The notes beneath the pieces are model-generated. The model worked only from the letters and a program-made list of their open reading frames with translations. It ran no database searches and was not told the DNA's origin. Position numbers and translations under genes: made by a program. Of a DNA stretch of 64,000 nt, positions 10,599 through 20,429 are shown piece by piece; the stretch's first letter is position 1; each line of letters begins with the position of its first letter. The stretch covers positions 269,125 to 333,124 of the forward strand of contig QFXC01000007.1 in NCBI GenBank assembly GCA_003349885.1, written 5' to 3'. Source of the DNA: an endosymbiont of Galathealinum brachiosum. Lineage in GTDB: Bacteria; Pseudomonadota; Gammaproteobacteria; SZUA-229.

Positions 10599-10832
10599 AT
10601 GTCTGATACTATTCTACAAAAATTTAAACGTATATTTAGAATTAATATGTTAATTGGCCTGGTTATTACCGTTGCCGCTATATATATGATTATTACGGGC
10701 ACTTACGATGGTATTGAGACAAGACGTTCAACTGAAGCAATACTGGGCTGGACAGCAATAGCAGGCGTTTTATACACGGTGAGTTTCTGGTTTGCATGCA
10801 TGTTTAGAAAGCAGTTCTTCCAGAAAGGCTAA
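10599..10832 (+). CDS. Small two-TM membrane protein, unknown function
   Basis: 77 aa from ATG 10599 (GGAG upstream), two hydrophobic segments, preceded by FNR box and followed by a strong hairpin. Confidence 0.7.
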   Translation: MSDTILQKFKRIFRINMLIGLVITVAAIYMIITGTYDGIETRRSTEAILGWTAIAGVLYTVSFWFACMFRKQFFQKG

Positions 10833-10846
10833 TTTAATACAACTCA

Positions 10847-10884
10847 ATCCGGCTGGATTAATTACACAGTTAATCCAGCCGGAT
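10847..10884. terminator. 15-bp perfect hairpin, probable terminator
   Basis: ATCCGGCTGGATTAA-N8-TTAATCCAGCCGGAT just after the stop at 10832; no strong U tract. Confidence 0.6.
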
Positions 10885-11019
10885 ATCATAATATATCTAC
10901 CACATACTTACTGATATCTATTAATATCCACCCTACTTAAGTCAAATAACAATATCATTTGACACATCAATTTTATCAATTCAAACTCAGCTCTACTCCA
11001 TTAAAAAAATATAATAATC

Positions 11020-12468
11020 ATGCACTCCCCAAGTTTATACTGGTACGACTATGAGACCTTCGGTACTGACCCCAGAACTGATCGAATTGCACAGTTTGCC
11101 GGCATTCGTACTGATATGGACTTCAATATTATTGAAGAGCCTGTAGATATTTACTGCAGAGCAAGTAATGATATTTTACCTAATCCTGAAGCCTGCCTGA
11201 TTACAGGTATTACCCCACAGAAAACATTTGAGAATGGTTTAATTGAAGCCGAGTTTATTTCTCTTATTGAAAAAGAGTTTGCTACACCTAATACCTGTGT
11301 TGTTGGTTTTAATAGTATACGTTTCGATGATGAATTTACCCGTTACAGCCTGTACCGAAACTTTTTTGATCCCTATGCTCGTGAATGGCAGAACGGTTGT
11401 TCTCGCTGGGATATTATTGATTTAGTCAGAATGACCCGGGCTCTGCGTCCGGAAGGCATCGAATGGCCAGTTGATGAAAATGGCATTGCAAGCAATCGAC
11501 TAGAGCTTATTACGAAGGCAAATGGAATCAGCCACGAAGCTGCACATGATGCATTATCAGATGTATATGCCACGATTGCACTGGCTAAATTAATTAAAGA
11601 TAAACAACCCAGATTATTTGATTTCGTATTTGAAAATAAAAAGAAGCAGAAGATTTCTAAAATGCTTAATTTATATAAACCAGAGGTTGTTCTTCACACC
11701 TCCGGAATGTATCCAAGCACAATTTGCAATACCACGGTCGTTTACCCCCTTGCTCAGCACCCAACCAATAAAAATGGCATTATAGTTTTTGACCTACGAT
11801 TTTCACCTGAAGATTTGAAAAATCTCAGTGCCGAAGAAATTATAAAACGCCTGTATACACCCAGAGATCAATTACCTGAAGGCGTTGAACGTATTCCTCT
11901 GAAAACGATACACATAAACAAATGTCCGGTAATTGCACCCGTTAAAACACTTGATGAAGCATCTTCTAAAAGAACTGAAATCAATCAACAACAATATACA
12001 GAACACCTTAAAATGCTACAGGACATACCTGACCTGAATAAAAAGCTGAACCAGATTTTCAGTCACAACCCATTTTCACCTGAAACTGATCCGGATAAAA
12101 GTTTATATGGAGGTGGATTTTTTAGTCCTGATGATAAAAAACGCATGGATGATTTACGCCAGTTAAGAGAAGCCGAATTAGCGAATGTTGATTTTAATTT
12201 TAAAGATAAACGAATTCCTGAAATGATATTCCGTTATCGCGCACGTAACTACCCTGGCAGTTTGAGTAATGATGAAAATATCCGCTGGAATGAGTACCGA
12301 ACAAACAGATTCACTGATAATGAAACAAAAAATAATTTAAGTTTTGAAGTTTACAATAAATTATTAACTGAACGACTGGAAGACGATTCAATTGATAACA
12401 ATAAAAAGAAGATATTGCATGAACTGCAGGAATGGGGGCAGTCTATAACGGAAGACCTAAACGTTTAA
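11020..12468 (+). CDS. sbcB: Exodeoxyribonuclease I
   Basis: WYDYETFGTDP, QFAGIRTD, GFNSIRFDDE, AHDALSDVYAT, LYGGGFFS. Confidence 0.97.
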   Translation: MHSPSLYWYDYETFGTDPRTDRIAQFAGIRTDMDFNIIEEPVDIYCRASNDILPNPEACLITGITPQKTFENGLIEAEFISLIEKEFATPNTCVVGFNSIRFDDEFTRYSLYRNFFDPYAREWQNGCSRWDIIDLVRMTRALRPEGIEWPVDENGIASNRLELITKANGISHEAAHDALSDVYATIALAKLIKDKQPRLFDFVFENKKKQKISKMLNLYKPEVVLHTSGMYPSTICNTTVVYPLAQHPTNKNGIIVFDLRFSPEDLKNLSAEEIIKRLYTPRDQLPEGVERIPLKTIHINKCPVIAPVKTLDEASSKRTEINQQQYTEHLKMLQDIPDLNKKLNQIFSHNPFSPETDPDKSLYGGGFFSPDDKKRMDDLRQLREAELANVDFNFKDKRIPEMIFRYRARNYPGSLSNDENIRWNEYRTNRFTDNETKNNLSFEVYNKLLTERLEDDSIDNNKKKILHELQEWGQSITEDLNV

Positions 12469-12559
12469 CTCAATAGATATCTAACAACAAAAACTATACA
12501 AACATTATTTTATGGTAACGAATAAATCGTAAATTATAAAATATATATAGGTAACTTAT

Positions 12560-13174
12560 ATGCCATCTCTATCCTGTTTAAATTCTCACCTGTTTGATTT
12601 CAATACATATCGAGATGACAATAGACGACAAAAAATTGAAGATTCTATCTGGAAAGAATTTGGTAAAACCGGTGCTGTATGCGTTATAGATATGTGTGGT
12701 TTTACCCGGGCATCACAGGAAAAGGGCATTATTTACTACCTGTCAATGGTAAGAAGAATGCAAATTATCGTTGAACCTATTATTAAAGAACACAATGGAA
12801 GCGTCGTTAAGTTTGAAGCCGATAACTGTTTTGCCCGATTCAATACCGTAGAAGAAGCATTAAAAGCAGTAAAGTATATATTTGTTGCGATCGACGCGAC
12901 CAATAGAACAACACACGATGATCTTGATATAGATTTATCTATTGGAATTGATTACGGAAAATATTTATTACTTGAAGATACCGATTACTGGGGTGAGCCT
13001 GTCAATCGTGCAAGCAAGTTAGGTGAAGATATAGCCGATAAAAACAATATTTTACTTACTGACACTGCCTGGGAGCAGATTAAAAATACTGACAACTATC
13101 ATACAAAAATTAAACAACATGAAATTTCAGGCATCATGATTGATTCATATGAAATAATTAAGTTTAAAAACTAG
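12560..13174 (+). CDS. Stand-alone class III adenylate/guanylate cyclase domain protein
   Basis: VIDMCGFT, VKFEADNC, IGIDYG, DYWGEPVNRASKLGED. Confidence 0.85.
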   Translation: MPSLSCLNSHLFDFNTYRDDNRRQKIEDSIWKEFGKTGAVCVIDMCGFTRASQEKGIIYYLSMVRRMQIIVEPIIKEHNGSVVKFEADNCFARFNTVEEALKAVKYIFVAIDATNRTTHDDLDIDLSIGIDYGKYLLLEDTDYWGEPVNRASKLGEDIADKNNILLTDTAWEQIKNTDNYHTKIKQHEISGIMIDSYEIIKFKN

Positions 13175-13175
13175 A

Positions 13176-13508
13176 TCAACTATCCTTAATATTATTCACA
13201 ATTTCACTTAATGTATAAAACTGTGCATTTCGCATAAAACCTGCAATAACTTCTTCTTTTAGGGTCAATGCCACACCTTTATCATCTCTCTCTTTTATCC
13301 AGCATTCAGGCAGTCCATCAAATAAATGCATGACGGATAATTCACCGTTACGGTCCTGTGAGAGATGTATATGCTGGTTCTTTAAATTTTTAAATGCCGG
13401 CATAAATCCAAAGCTGATATCGCTAAAAACGACGCCATTAAATTGATGGTAAGCACCCTGCTGTCGAACAGCCTGATGATGTGACATATACATATGAATA
13501 TCCTGCAC
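13176..13508 (-). CDS. Conserved-looking hypothetical protein
   Basis: 110-aa ORF (FMPAFKN, HLSQ, HLFDGLPECW, AGFMR) with a sigma-28 promoter directly upstream; exact start uncertain. Confidence 0.7.
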   Translation of the reverse strand: MQDIHMYMSHHQAVRQQGAYHQFNGVVFSDISFGFMPAFKNLKNQHIHLSQDRNGELSVMHLFDGLPECWIKERDDKGVALTLKEEVIAGFMRNAQFYTLSEIVNNIKDS

Positions 13509-13527
13509 TAATAGGCTACTTTTTAAT

Positions 13528-13554
13528 ATATCGGCCAGGACATGAGTTTCTTTA
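13528..13554 (-). promoter_or_regulatory. Sigma-28 (FliA) promoter
   Basis: Minus strand TAAAGAAA-N11-GCCGATAT. Confidence 0.75.
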
Positions 13555-13578
13555 ATACTAATTCAATAGATTAACTGG

Positions 13579-14172
13579 TTATTTTTTACTCAGAAGATCT
13601 TCGATCAATTCATTAGATATTGCCGTCAAAGCCGCCCCAAAGGCTTCTGCAGTACTATGCATATCAGTATTCTGTAACGCCTCATTTACTTTGTAACGCT
13701 TAGTCCAGGTGTCACCAGTGAGGCTTCCACTTTTCACAGATACTTCAAGTTCAATTTCTATATTTACAGTTTGACCATTAATTATTCGCTCAAAATGAAT
13801 AATTCGGGTATCCAGAACAAAGTCAGGTCGATTTTCTGTTAAGTCACGATTAACCTGATCAGCTATACCACTGGATACTACTCCCTGATATAACGCATTA
13901 TGTACTAACTCAGCAGGTGTGGTTGACCAGAAACTATAATGATAACGCTGTAGCTCTAATGGTTTATCACTTTCTATAAATAAAATAGCCCGCTCATGAT
14001 ATAAGCCCGTGGATTTTACCGCTTTAACCACTATCGATTTATAAGATGCAACCTGAGAATCCAGTGCAACTTCAGGTAGGCGATAAAAGTGATCGGTAGG
14101 TGCAGGGCCACCACCCAGACTACAGCTCCAGATACTACTCACTAAAAGGAGTAATAATATTAATCGAAACAT
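13579..14172 (-). CDS. PqiC/ABC-transport auxiliary lipoprotein
   Basis: Lipoprotein-like signal (IWSC), DHFYRL, YHYSFWSTTPAELV, last gene of MCE operon. Confidence 0.85.
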   Translation of the reverse strand: MFRLILLLLLVSSIWSCSLGGGPAPTDHFYRLPEVALDSQVASYKSIVVKAVKSTGLYHERAILFIESDKPLELQRYHYSFWSTTPAELVHNALYQGVVSSGIADQVNRDLTENRPDFVLDTRIIHFERIINGQTVNIEIELEVSVKSGSLTGDTWTKRYKVNEALQNTDMHSTAEAFGAALTAISNELIEDLLSKK

Positions 14173-14181
14173 TGATATTCC

Positions 14182-15036
14182 TTACTTATCAGTGGGTGGT
14201 TTACTGCCTAATATCACACCCGGATTATTACGTAATTCTCGACTGAACTCATTCATGTTCTGACTGGTTGCATCCAGATTATACATAACTGATTCAATGC
14301 GACTGGAAACAACATCAATAGATTTTTTAAGTTCTATTACGGTATAGCGAATATCTTCACTATTATCATTCAGGATCAGATCAGTTCTTGTAAGAATGCT
14401 ATCAAGCTGTTTATTGATTCTTGTAAAACCAGCAGCCAGTTCTGATAAACTTTTACCGGATGAATCGGCATGTTTGAATAAATTATTTAAATGTTGCACA
14501 TTATTATCACTCAATAAAAGCGACACCTTATCCGCAGAATAATTTAATTTTGCTATTAAATTATTTATATTATTTGTTGACTGGGGAATAAAATCATTTA
14601 ATTGAGAAGCAATTGAATCAACCAGCTCCATAATATCAACCGCTTCTGCACTTTCCAGTGTATCTCCAGGAGATAAATATTTTTTTGAACTTCCCTGAGT
14701 TATTTCTATTTGTTTATCTGAAATAATGGCTGGCATCACAATTTGAGCTGTACTATCAGCTGGTATTTTCCAGTCGGATTTCACCCATAAGGTTAATTTA
14801 TAAACCGTTTTATTGGTATCAAATATAGGTTCTACACCCTTAACTGCACCTATGGCATAACCTCCATACGTGACAACAATGCCATCTTTTATTCCGGTTA
14901 CGTTATTAAACTCAACAAAATATTCATCTGATTCTGATTGTCCACCCGTTATTTTATACAACATAACAAATAACATTATTAAACCGGTTAGAACAAAAAT
15001 TCCTACCATAAAATAATTCGTATTTTCTTTTTTCAT
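14182..15036 (-). CDS. MlaD/MCE-domain protein with long helical C-terminus
   Basis: N-terminal TM (NYFMVGIFVL), FNNVTGIKDG, VTYGGYAIGAV, IEITQG, LRNNPGVILG. Confidence 0.9.
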   Translation of the reverse strand: MKKENTNYFMVGIFVLTGLIMLFVMLYKITGGQSESDEYFVEFNNVTGIKDGIVVTYGGYAIGAVKGVEPIFDTNKTVYKLTLWVKSDWKIPADSTAQIVMPAIISDKQIEITQGSSKKYLSPGDTLESAEAVDIMELVDSIASQLNDFIPQSTNNINNLIAKLNYSADKVSLLLSDNNVQHLNNLFKHADSSGKSLSELAAGFTRINKQLDSILTRTDLILNDNSEDIRYTVIELKKSIDVVSSRIESVMYNLDATSQNMNEFSRELRNNPGVILGSKPPTDK

Positions 15037-15044
15037 ATTATTAA

Positions 15045-15902
15045 CTAATATCTTGAATGATTAGGATTAATTAAATTTGATTTTTCAGGTACCGAATCCA
15101 GACTTTTACCCGTCAATCTCTGCAAATATTCATCAACATCAACTATATCTCGACGCGGTTTTCTATGAAGTAAATTATAGATACGATGATTATCACTATT
15201 TTTCACCTCTTCTACCGTACCACACATCAATATATCCCCCCTGTCTAAAATAGTAATTCTGTCAGCAATATTAAATGCACTTTCCAGTTCATGGGTAACA
15301 ACTACAATCGTCATACCCATTGCATCTCTAAGGCGCAGAATTAATTCATCAAGCTCTGCAGACACAACCGGATCAAGTCCGGCTGAGGGCTCATCAAAAA
15401 ATAATAGTTTCGGATCAAGGATAATTGCTCTGGCTAATGCGGCACGTTTAATCATACCGCCGGATAACTGGGACGGCATTAAGTCTTCAAAACCGGCCAT
15501 GTTAACAACTTCCAGTTTCATCTGACTCATTATTCGCATGGTGTTCTCATCCAGGTTTGCATGTTCGCTTAAAGGTAACTGAATATTTTCAGATACACTC
15601 ATGGAACCAAACAAAGCACCACCCTGAAAAGACACTCCAATCTGCTTTTTCATTTGATGCAGCTGGTTAGAGGTCATTCTGGTAATGTCTTTGCCAAGTA
15701 ATTTAATACTACCTGCAGTTGGTTTATTAAGCCCTAACATATACCGTAAAAGAGTACTTTTACCTGAACCACTCCCCCCCATAATAACCATGATTTCGCC
15801 TTTATTCACTTCAAGGCTAACACTATTAAGTATTTTTTTACTTCCGTAATGCGTAATCAGATCACTCACTTCAATTACTTTCTGGTTGTTTTCAGCTTGC
15901 AT
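15045..15902 (-). CDS. MlaF-type ABC ATPase
   Basis: GGSGSGKST, FQGGALF, LSGGMIKRAALARA, FFDEPSAGLDP, VVTHE. Confidence 0.93.
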   Translation of the reverse strand: MQAENNQKVIEVSDLITHYGSKKILNSVSLEVNKGEIMVIMGGSGSGKSTLLRYMLGLNKPTAGSIKLLGKDITRMTSNQLHQMKKQIGVSFQGGALFGSMSVSENIQLPLSEHANLDENTMRIMSQMKLEVVNMAGFEDLMPSQLSGGMIKRAALARAIILDPKLLFFDEPSAGLDPVVSAELDELILRLRDAMGMTIVVVTHELESAFNIADRITILDRGDILMCGTVEEVKNSDNHRIYNLLHRKPRRDIVDVDEYLQRLTGKSLDSVPEKSNLINPNHSRY

Positions 15903-15912
15903 AATAAATACT

Positions 15913-16704
15913 CTAAACTCTGGTTAAAAAGAAAGTAAAAATCATATCCGCAATTACAATAAGACTTATAGACATAACCACCGAACGAGTAGTTGCCAAC
16001 CCTACACCTTCAGCCCCACCTTTAACCTGAAAACCATTAAGCACACTGACAATAACAATCAGTATTGCAAACACGATGCTCTTAAAAATACCCTGCATTA
16101 AATCAAAGCGGGTAATCACATCAAAACTTCGACTCATATACACGTCTACAGGCATACCTAGTTCGTAAGATGTATATACTGCCCCACCTAACATTCCCAT
16201 TAAATCACCAAAAATAGTTAATACCGGCATCGCCACAAGCATCGCTACAAGTGCAGGTGCAGCAAGGTAGCGCACCGGGTTTATGCCTATCACTCGTAAT
16301 GCATCTATCTCCTGTGACTCCTTCATCGTCCCTATTCGTGCTGCGATAGCAGAGCCTGAACGCCCAGCTACAATAATACCGGTAATTAAAGCTGCGAACT
16401 CACGTGTCACTGAGACTGCAATCCCCGTTACAACCTGCGCCTGTGCCCCATAAGGTTTGAGTGTTTCCAGCCCCTGTATTGCAAGCATCATTCCTACTGA
16501 AAAACACAACACGATAACAATAGGTGATGCGGTTACACCTATCTGTACTGCCTGAGTAAAAATAAGATGCAAACTGACAGGCTGTTTATTAAACCAGCCC
16601 ATTATTAGCCAGTAAACTGATTCAATAAATAACATGACGCCATAGCCGAGCTCTTCAACCGCTCCAACCGCAACCTGCCCCAGTTTTTCAATTCGGCGTT
16701 TCAT
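15913..16704 (-). CDS. MlaE-type ABC permease (no fused STAS domain)
   Basis: TREFAALITGIIVAGRSGSAIAARIGTMKESQEIDAL, GGAEGVGLATTRSVV; 263 aa. Confidence 0.93.
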   Translation of the reverse strand: MKRRIEKLGQVAVGAVEELGYGVMLFIESVYWLIMGWFNKQPVSLHLIFTQAVQIGVTASPIVIVLCFSVGMMLAIQGLETLKPYGAQAQVVTGIAVSVTREFAALITGIIVAGRSGSAIAARIGTMKESQEIDALRVIGINPVRYLAAPALVAMLVAMPVLTIFGDLMGMLGGAVYTSYELGMPVDVYMSRSFDVITRFDLMQGIFKSIVFAILIVIVSVLNGFQVKGGAEGVGLATTRSVVMSISLIVIADMIFTFFLTRV

Positions 16705-16722
16705 TTTGTACGCGTCATACCT

Positions 16723-17043
16723 CTATTCAACCTCATCCAGAGAATCATAAATAGTAAATACCGAATCAAGACGAGCCAGCTGTAAAACCTGCATCGCAGA
16801 ATCACTCACACCGACCAGTGCAAAGTTTATTTTTTTAGATCGAGCAGTCTGCAAACCTTCAACCAGACTCGCTACACCAGAGCTATCAATATATTCGACT
16901 AGTGATAAATCTATTAATAAATTCGAATTTTTCTTTATGTAAGCTAATATTTGTTTTCTTACATTTGGTGATTCATTCAAATCAATTTCACCAGACAAAC
17001 TGATAACCGAATAATTTAAATGCTGTGCAACTGGATACTTCAT
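16723..17043 (-). CDS. STAS-domain protein (RsbV/SpoIIAA/MlaB-like) with phospho-acceptor motif
   Basis: LSGEIDL, IDLSLVEYIDSSGVASLV, VLQLARLD. Confidence 0.92.
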   Translation of the reverse strand: MKYPVAQHLNYSVISLSGEIDLNESPNVRKQILAYIKKNSNLLIDLSLVEYIDSSGVASLVEGLQTARSKKINFALVGVSDSAMQVLQLARLDSVFTIYDSLDEVE

Positions 17044-17052
17044 TAAACTGCC

Positions 17053-17502
17053 TTATTTTTTACATTGTTCATCTATACAACAGACAACAGGATTATTTAA
17101 CTGTTTTCGCATTTCCAGTATATTTCCTGTACCACTCGGGTTGTTTTTATATTCCACACTATCCATTACCTGATTGATGATGTGCACACCTAATCCTCCG
17201 GGTCTTATATCATCAAGATCTCTTGAATGTATAGAATCAAGATCTACACCCTCTGCAAAATCAAATATTTTTACTAAAAACTCTTCTTTATCTTTCCAGA
17301 ATTCAACAATAATCTCTTCACTATCCTGCTCATGATAGGCGTGTTGCATTACATTCATACATCCTTCATTAATCGCCATAACCATGCAGTCCAGATTCTC
17401 AGGGCAACAGCCCTGTTTCTCAGCTAAATCACGCACAAAGTGTCGCAGTGGTTTCAGCTTATCAGCACGGGATAACAAATGAATACGTTCAAGTCTAATC
17501 AT
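17053..17502 (-). CDS. RsbW/SpoIIAB-type Ser kinase (HATPase_c_2)
   Basis: N-box AINEGCMNVMQHAY, IFDFAEG, RPGGLGVHII, MDSVEY, GNILEM. Confidence 0.9.
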   Translation of the reverse strand: MIRLERIHLLSRADKLKPLRHFVRDLAEKQGCCPENLDCMVMAINEGCMNVMQHAYHEQDSEEIIVEFWKDKEEFLVKIFDFAEGVDLDSIHSRDLDDIRPGGLGVHIINQVMDSVEYKNNPSGTGNILEMRKQLNNPVVCCIDEQCKK

Positions 17503-17503
17503 C

Positions 17504-19213
17504 TTATTCAGACTTTTCTAATAGTAATAACGTCACATCATCACGTAATGGCTGAGCCGTATTCGTAAACTTATTAACTATTAACTTCAGTCTTTCAACT
17601 GGAGATAATTTTTTATCCATACTGGCTATCAGCTTAAACAACCCACCTAATTCAAGCATAGACTTTTCATTAACAAATCCTTCCGTTACACCATCAGAGT
17701 ATATATACAGACTGCCACTGCCTAATTTTATTATTGATTTTGTATAAAGCGTATCAGGCATCACACCCAATGGAGGTGCTGTTGCTTCAAATTCCTGACA
17801 GAATCCCTCTTCTAAAAATAACAATGCAGGCGGGTTTCCCGCATTTACCAGATGCACTTCATCTTTTGATGGCCTGTATAAACCTGCAACCATCGTTACA
17901 AACATGCCATGGATCGATGTTTCGCATAATTCATTATTTATTTCATACATCAACTGAGCCGGCTCATCAATCCGTTTACCCAGACACCTGAAAAGGCTAC
18001 AGGTTTTAGCCATTAATAATGCGGCATTCACACCTTTGCCGGAAACATCGCCAAGATTAAAATAAATATCACCATTATCCAGTTCAAAGAAATCATAAAA
18101 ATCACCAGATAAAATTTTTGCCGATATATTAATTCCGTTAACCGGAAAACCATCACCCTGACTCGCAGGTAATAAGCTTTGTTGTATTTCCCTCGCTAAA
18201 TTTAAATCGCGATTGATTTCTTTTGCCAGACGATCACGTTCATCCAGTGCCTGCTCAAGTCGTAATGTTAACTCTTGAAAATTAACATTATCTTCATTTA
18301 ACCTGATATTTGCTTCATATAATATTTGTGAAAAAGCGATATGTTCATGTACATGTATTCCCATCACCAATGCGGTTAAATCAACCTCATCCGGTATTGC
18401 CTCAAGTAACTCTTCTGCTCGATAGGGTTCCATGAAAAAATCGTCAGACAACATTTTTCTACATCTATTAATAACATAACTTTTATCATCAGCGGTATAA
18501 ACTGACGTCATCCAGTCTGCACAATGAACCACTTTGCAAAGCTGTTTATCCAGCTCTGTAAAACCGGCATCACTTAAATTTGATTTGCTACAATTGTGAT
18601 GATGAGTTAACTGGGTTTTTATTTGCGGAAATATACCCCACGCTTTCATAAAAATACTTAACTGTGCATCATGCTGTAAATTGAATATATTCTGTTCCAT
18701 ACTTAAGCGGGCTTCCGGCTCACGTTTTCGAAACTCAGACCAGAGCGCACCTTTGTCTGGCTGTTCTAGAAACAGCAACAGATACCCGATATCCTGAATG
18801 AATCCAGCGGTAAAGCACAGGCTGGCATCAAGCCCGATTAATTCACCGACCATTTTTGCACTAACAGCACGACGCAACGAGTCCTGCCAGAAAGCAGGCA
18901 TATCCAGACCAAAAATTTTATACTGATTTAACGTGCGATAAATAATCTGAATAATCGCTATTTGCGTAACTCGCTCAATACCCGACAAGTTAATTGCCTG
19001 ATAAATGGTTTGTACTTTTGTTGTTAAATTAAAATGATCTGAGTTAATAATTTTAAGCAACCGCTGAAAAAATTGCGGATATTTTTCCATCAACTGATTA
19101 ACCGCCTGCTCCATATCATCCGTATGTTGAGCTAATTCCAGAAAATCACGGGCAATAGCGGGCAAATCAGGCATACCCGGGGCATTTAAATTAACTGTTT
19201 TATGAGCAGGCAC
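17504..19213 (-). CDS. HDOD-domain + coiled coil + PP2C/SpoIIE Ser phosphatase
   Basis: HDOD: PDLPAIA, LLKIINS, FWQDSL, FTAGFIQDIG. PP2C: AREIQQSLLP, SGDFYD, GDVSGKG, NAGNPP, YSDGVTEG, DDVT. Confidence 0.9.
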   Translation of the reverse strand: MPAHKTVNLNAPGMPDLPAIARDFLELAQHTDDMEQAVNQLMEKYPQFFQRLLKIINSDHFNLTTKVQTIYQAINLSGIERVTQIAIIQIIYRTLNQYKIFGLDMPAFWQDSLRRAVSAKMVGELIGLDASLCFTAGFIQDIGYLLLFLEQPDKGALWSEFRKREPEARLSMEQNIFNLQHDAQLSIFMKAWGIFPQIKTQLTHHHNCSKSNLSDAGFTELDKQLCKVVHCADWMTSVYTADDKSYVINRCRKMLSDDFFMEPYRAEELLEAIPDEVDLTALVMGIHVHEHIAFSQILYEANIRLNEDNVNFQELTLRLEQALDERDRLAKEINRDLNLAREIQQSLLPASQGDGFPVNGINISAKILSGDFYDFFELDNGDIYFNLGDVSGKGVNAALLMAKTCSLFRCLGKRIDEPAQLMYEINNELCETSIHGMFVTMVAGLYRPSKDEVHLVNAGNPPALLFLEEGFCQEFEATAPPLGVMPDTLYTKSIIKLGSGSLYIYSDGVTEGFVNEKSMLELGGLFKLIASMDKKLSPVERLKLIVNKFTNTAQPLRDDVTLLLLEKSE

Positions 19214-19481
19214 AGGTTTTCAGATTAAAATTTTTATAAATTAAAGTGAATAGAGTATAGCTGCTGTTTGACACAAAAGTGATAGAAAACAGTGATTTAA
19301 TCGCAAGTAAGCTGAACAGAGATGAATCCGAACAATCGGCTTTCCGCTTTTTATATTCGTTAAGCGATACAACTAAATTCTTATATAGTACCTGTGAATA
19401 TTACTCCACTAAGCTCTATACTCATAAATGGAACCACACATCAAAAACACAGTCTTATAGCAATTATTATGAGAATTTTTT

Positions 19482-20429
19482 ATGCCTCAGCAGTCTAGTT
19501 TAAATATTGATCAACGCCAGCAGTTAATAAAACTTACTTCAAAATCAATTTCTTCTATTATTCTGGGTAAAGACAGGCAAATTCAACTCGCCCTTAGCTG
19601 CCTGCTAGCCGGTGGACATCTGTTAATTGAGGACTTACCTGGAGTTGGCAAAACCACTCTATCACTGACACTGGCTCGTGTTTTTGGGCTCGATTTTCAA
19701 CGTATTCAGTTCACCAGCGATTTATTGCCTTCCGATGTATTAGGTGTTTCTATATTTGATGCACACAAACAGTCATTCACGTTTCATCAGGGCCCCATAT
19801 TCACACAGGTACTGCTTGCTGATGAAATTAATCGCTCTACACCTAAAACTCAAAGTGCATTACTTGAAGCAATGGAAGAAAAACAGGTCACGCAGGACGG
19901 TGTAACCCGAACTTTACCCACCCCATTCTTCGTTATTGCGACTCAGAACCCGATGGAACAGGTAGGTACATTTCCTTTGCCTGAATCACAACTCGATCGT
20001 TTCCTGATGCGCATTAATATCGGTTACCCGGATCAACAGGCCGAAATGGAATTATTAAAAGGCAGTAACCGCCATGAAATGATCCAGCAACTTGAGACCG
20101 TTATCACACCTGAACAACTGATTGAAATACAGTTATCTGTAGAAAAAATACATATGTCACAGGCAATACTGGATTATGTTTTATCCCTTATACGCAGCAG
20201 TCGCCTGTCTCCCTGGTTTATTAGCGGTCTTTCTCCTCGCGCTGGCCTTGCATTACAACGATGCGCCCGGGCCTGGGCATTTCTTCAGAATCGTGACCAT
20301 GTATTACCTGAAGATGTACAGGAAGTGCTTCCCTGTGTGGCTGCACACCGATTACAAATACATCCTGAGCACCAGGGTAAGAATATCAATGATCTGATAA
20401 CGTTACTTGTAAAGCAGGTGCCAGTTTAA
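19482..20429 (+). CDS. MoxR-family AAA+ ATPase
   Basis: GHLLIEDLPGVGKT, RIQFTSDLLPSD, ADEINR, ATQNP, PLPESQLDRF. Confidence 0.95.
   Translation: MPQQSSLNIDQRQQLIKLTSKSISSIILGKDRQIQLALSCLLAGGHLLIEDLPGVGKTTLSLTLARVFGLDFQRIQFTSDLLPSDVLGVSIFDAHKQSFTFHQGPIFTQVLLADEINRSTPKTQSALLEAMEEKQVTQDGVTRTLPTPFFVIATQNPMEQVGTFPLPESQLDRFLMRINIGYPDQQAEMELLKGSNRHEMIQQLETVITPEQLIEIQLSVEKIHMSQAILDYVLSLIRSSRLSPWFISGLSPRAGLALQRCARAWAFLQNRDHVLPEDVQEVLPCVAAHRLQIHPEHQGKNINDLITLLVKQVPV

Noticed and set aside
19279..19503. 74-aa ORF between divergent operons
   Set aside because: Occupies the shared promoter region, GTG start, no RBS or motif
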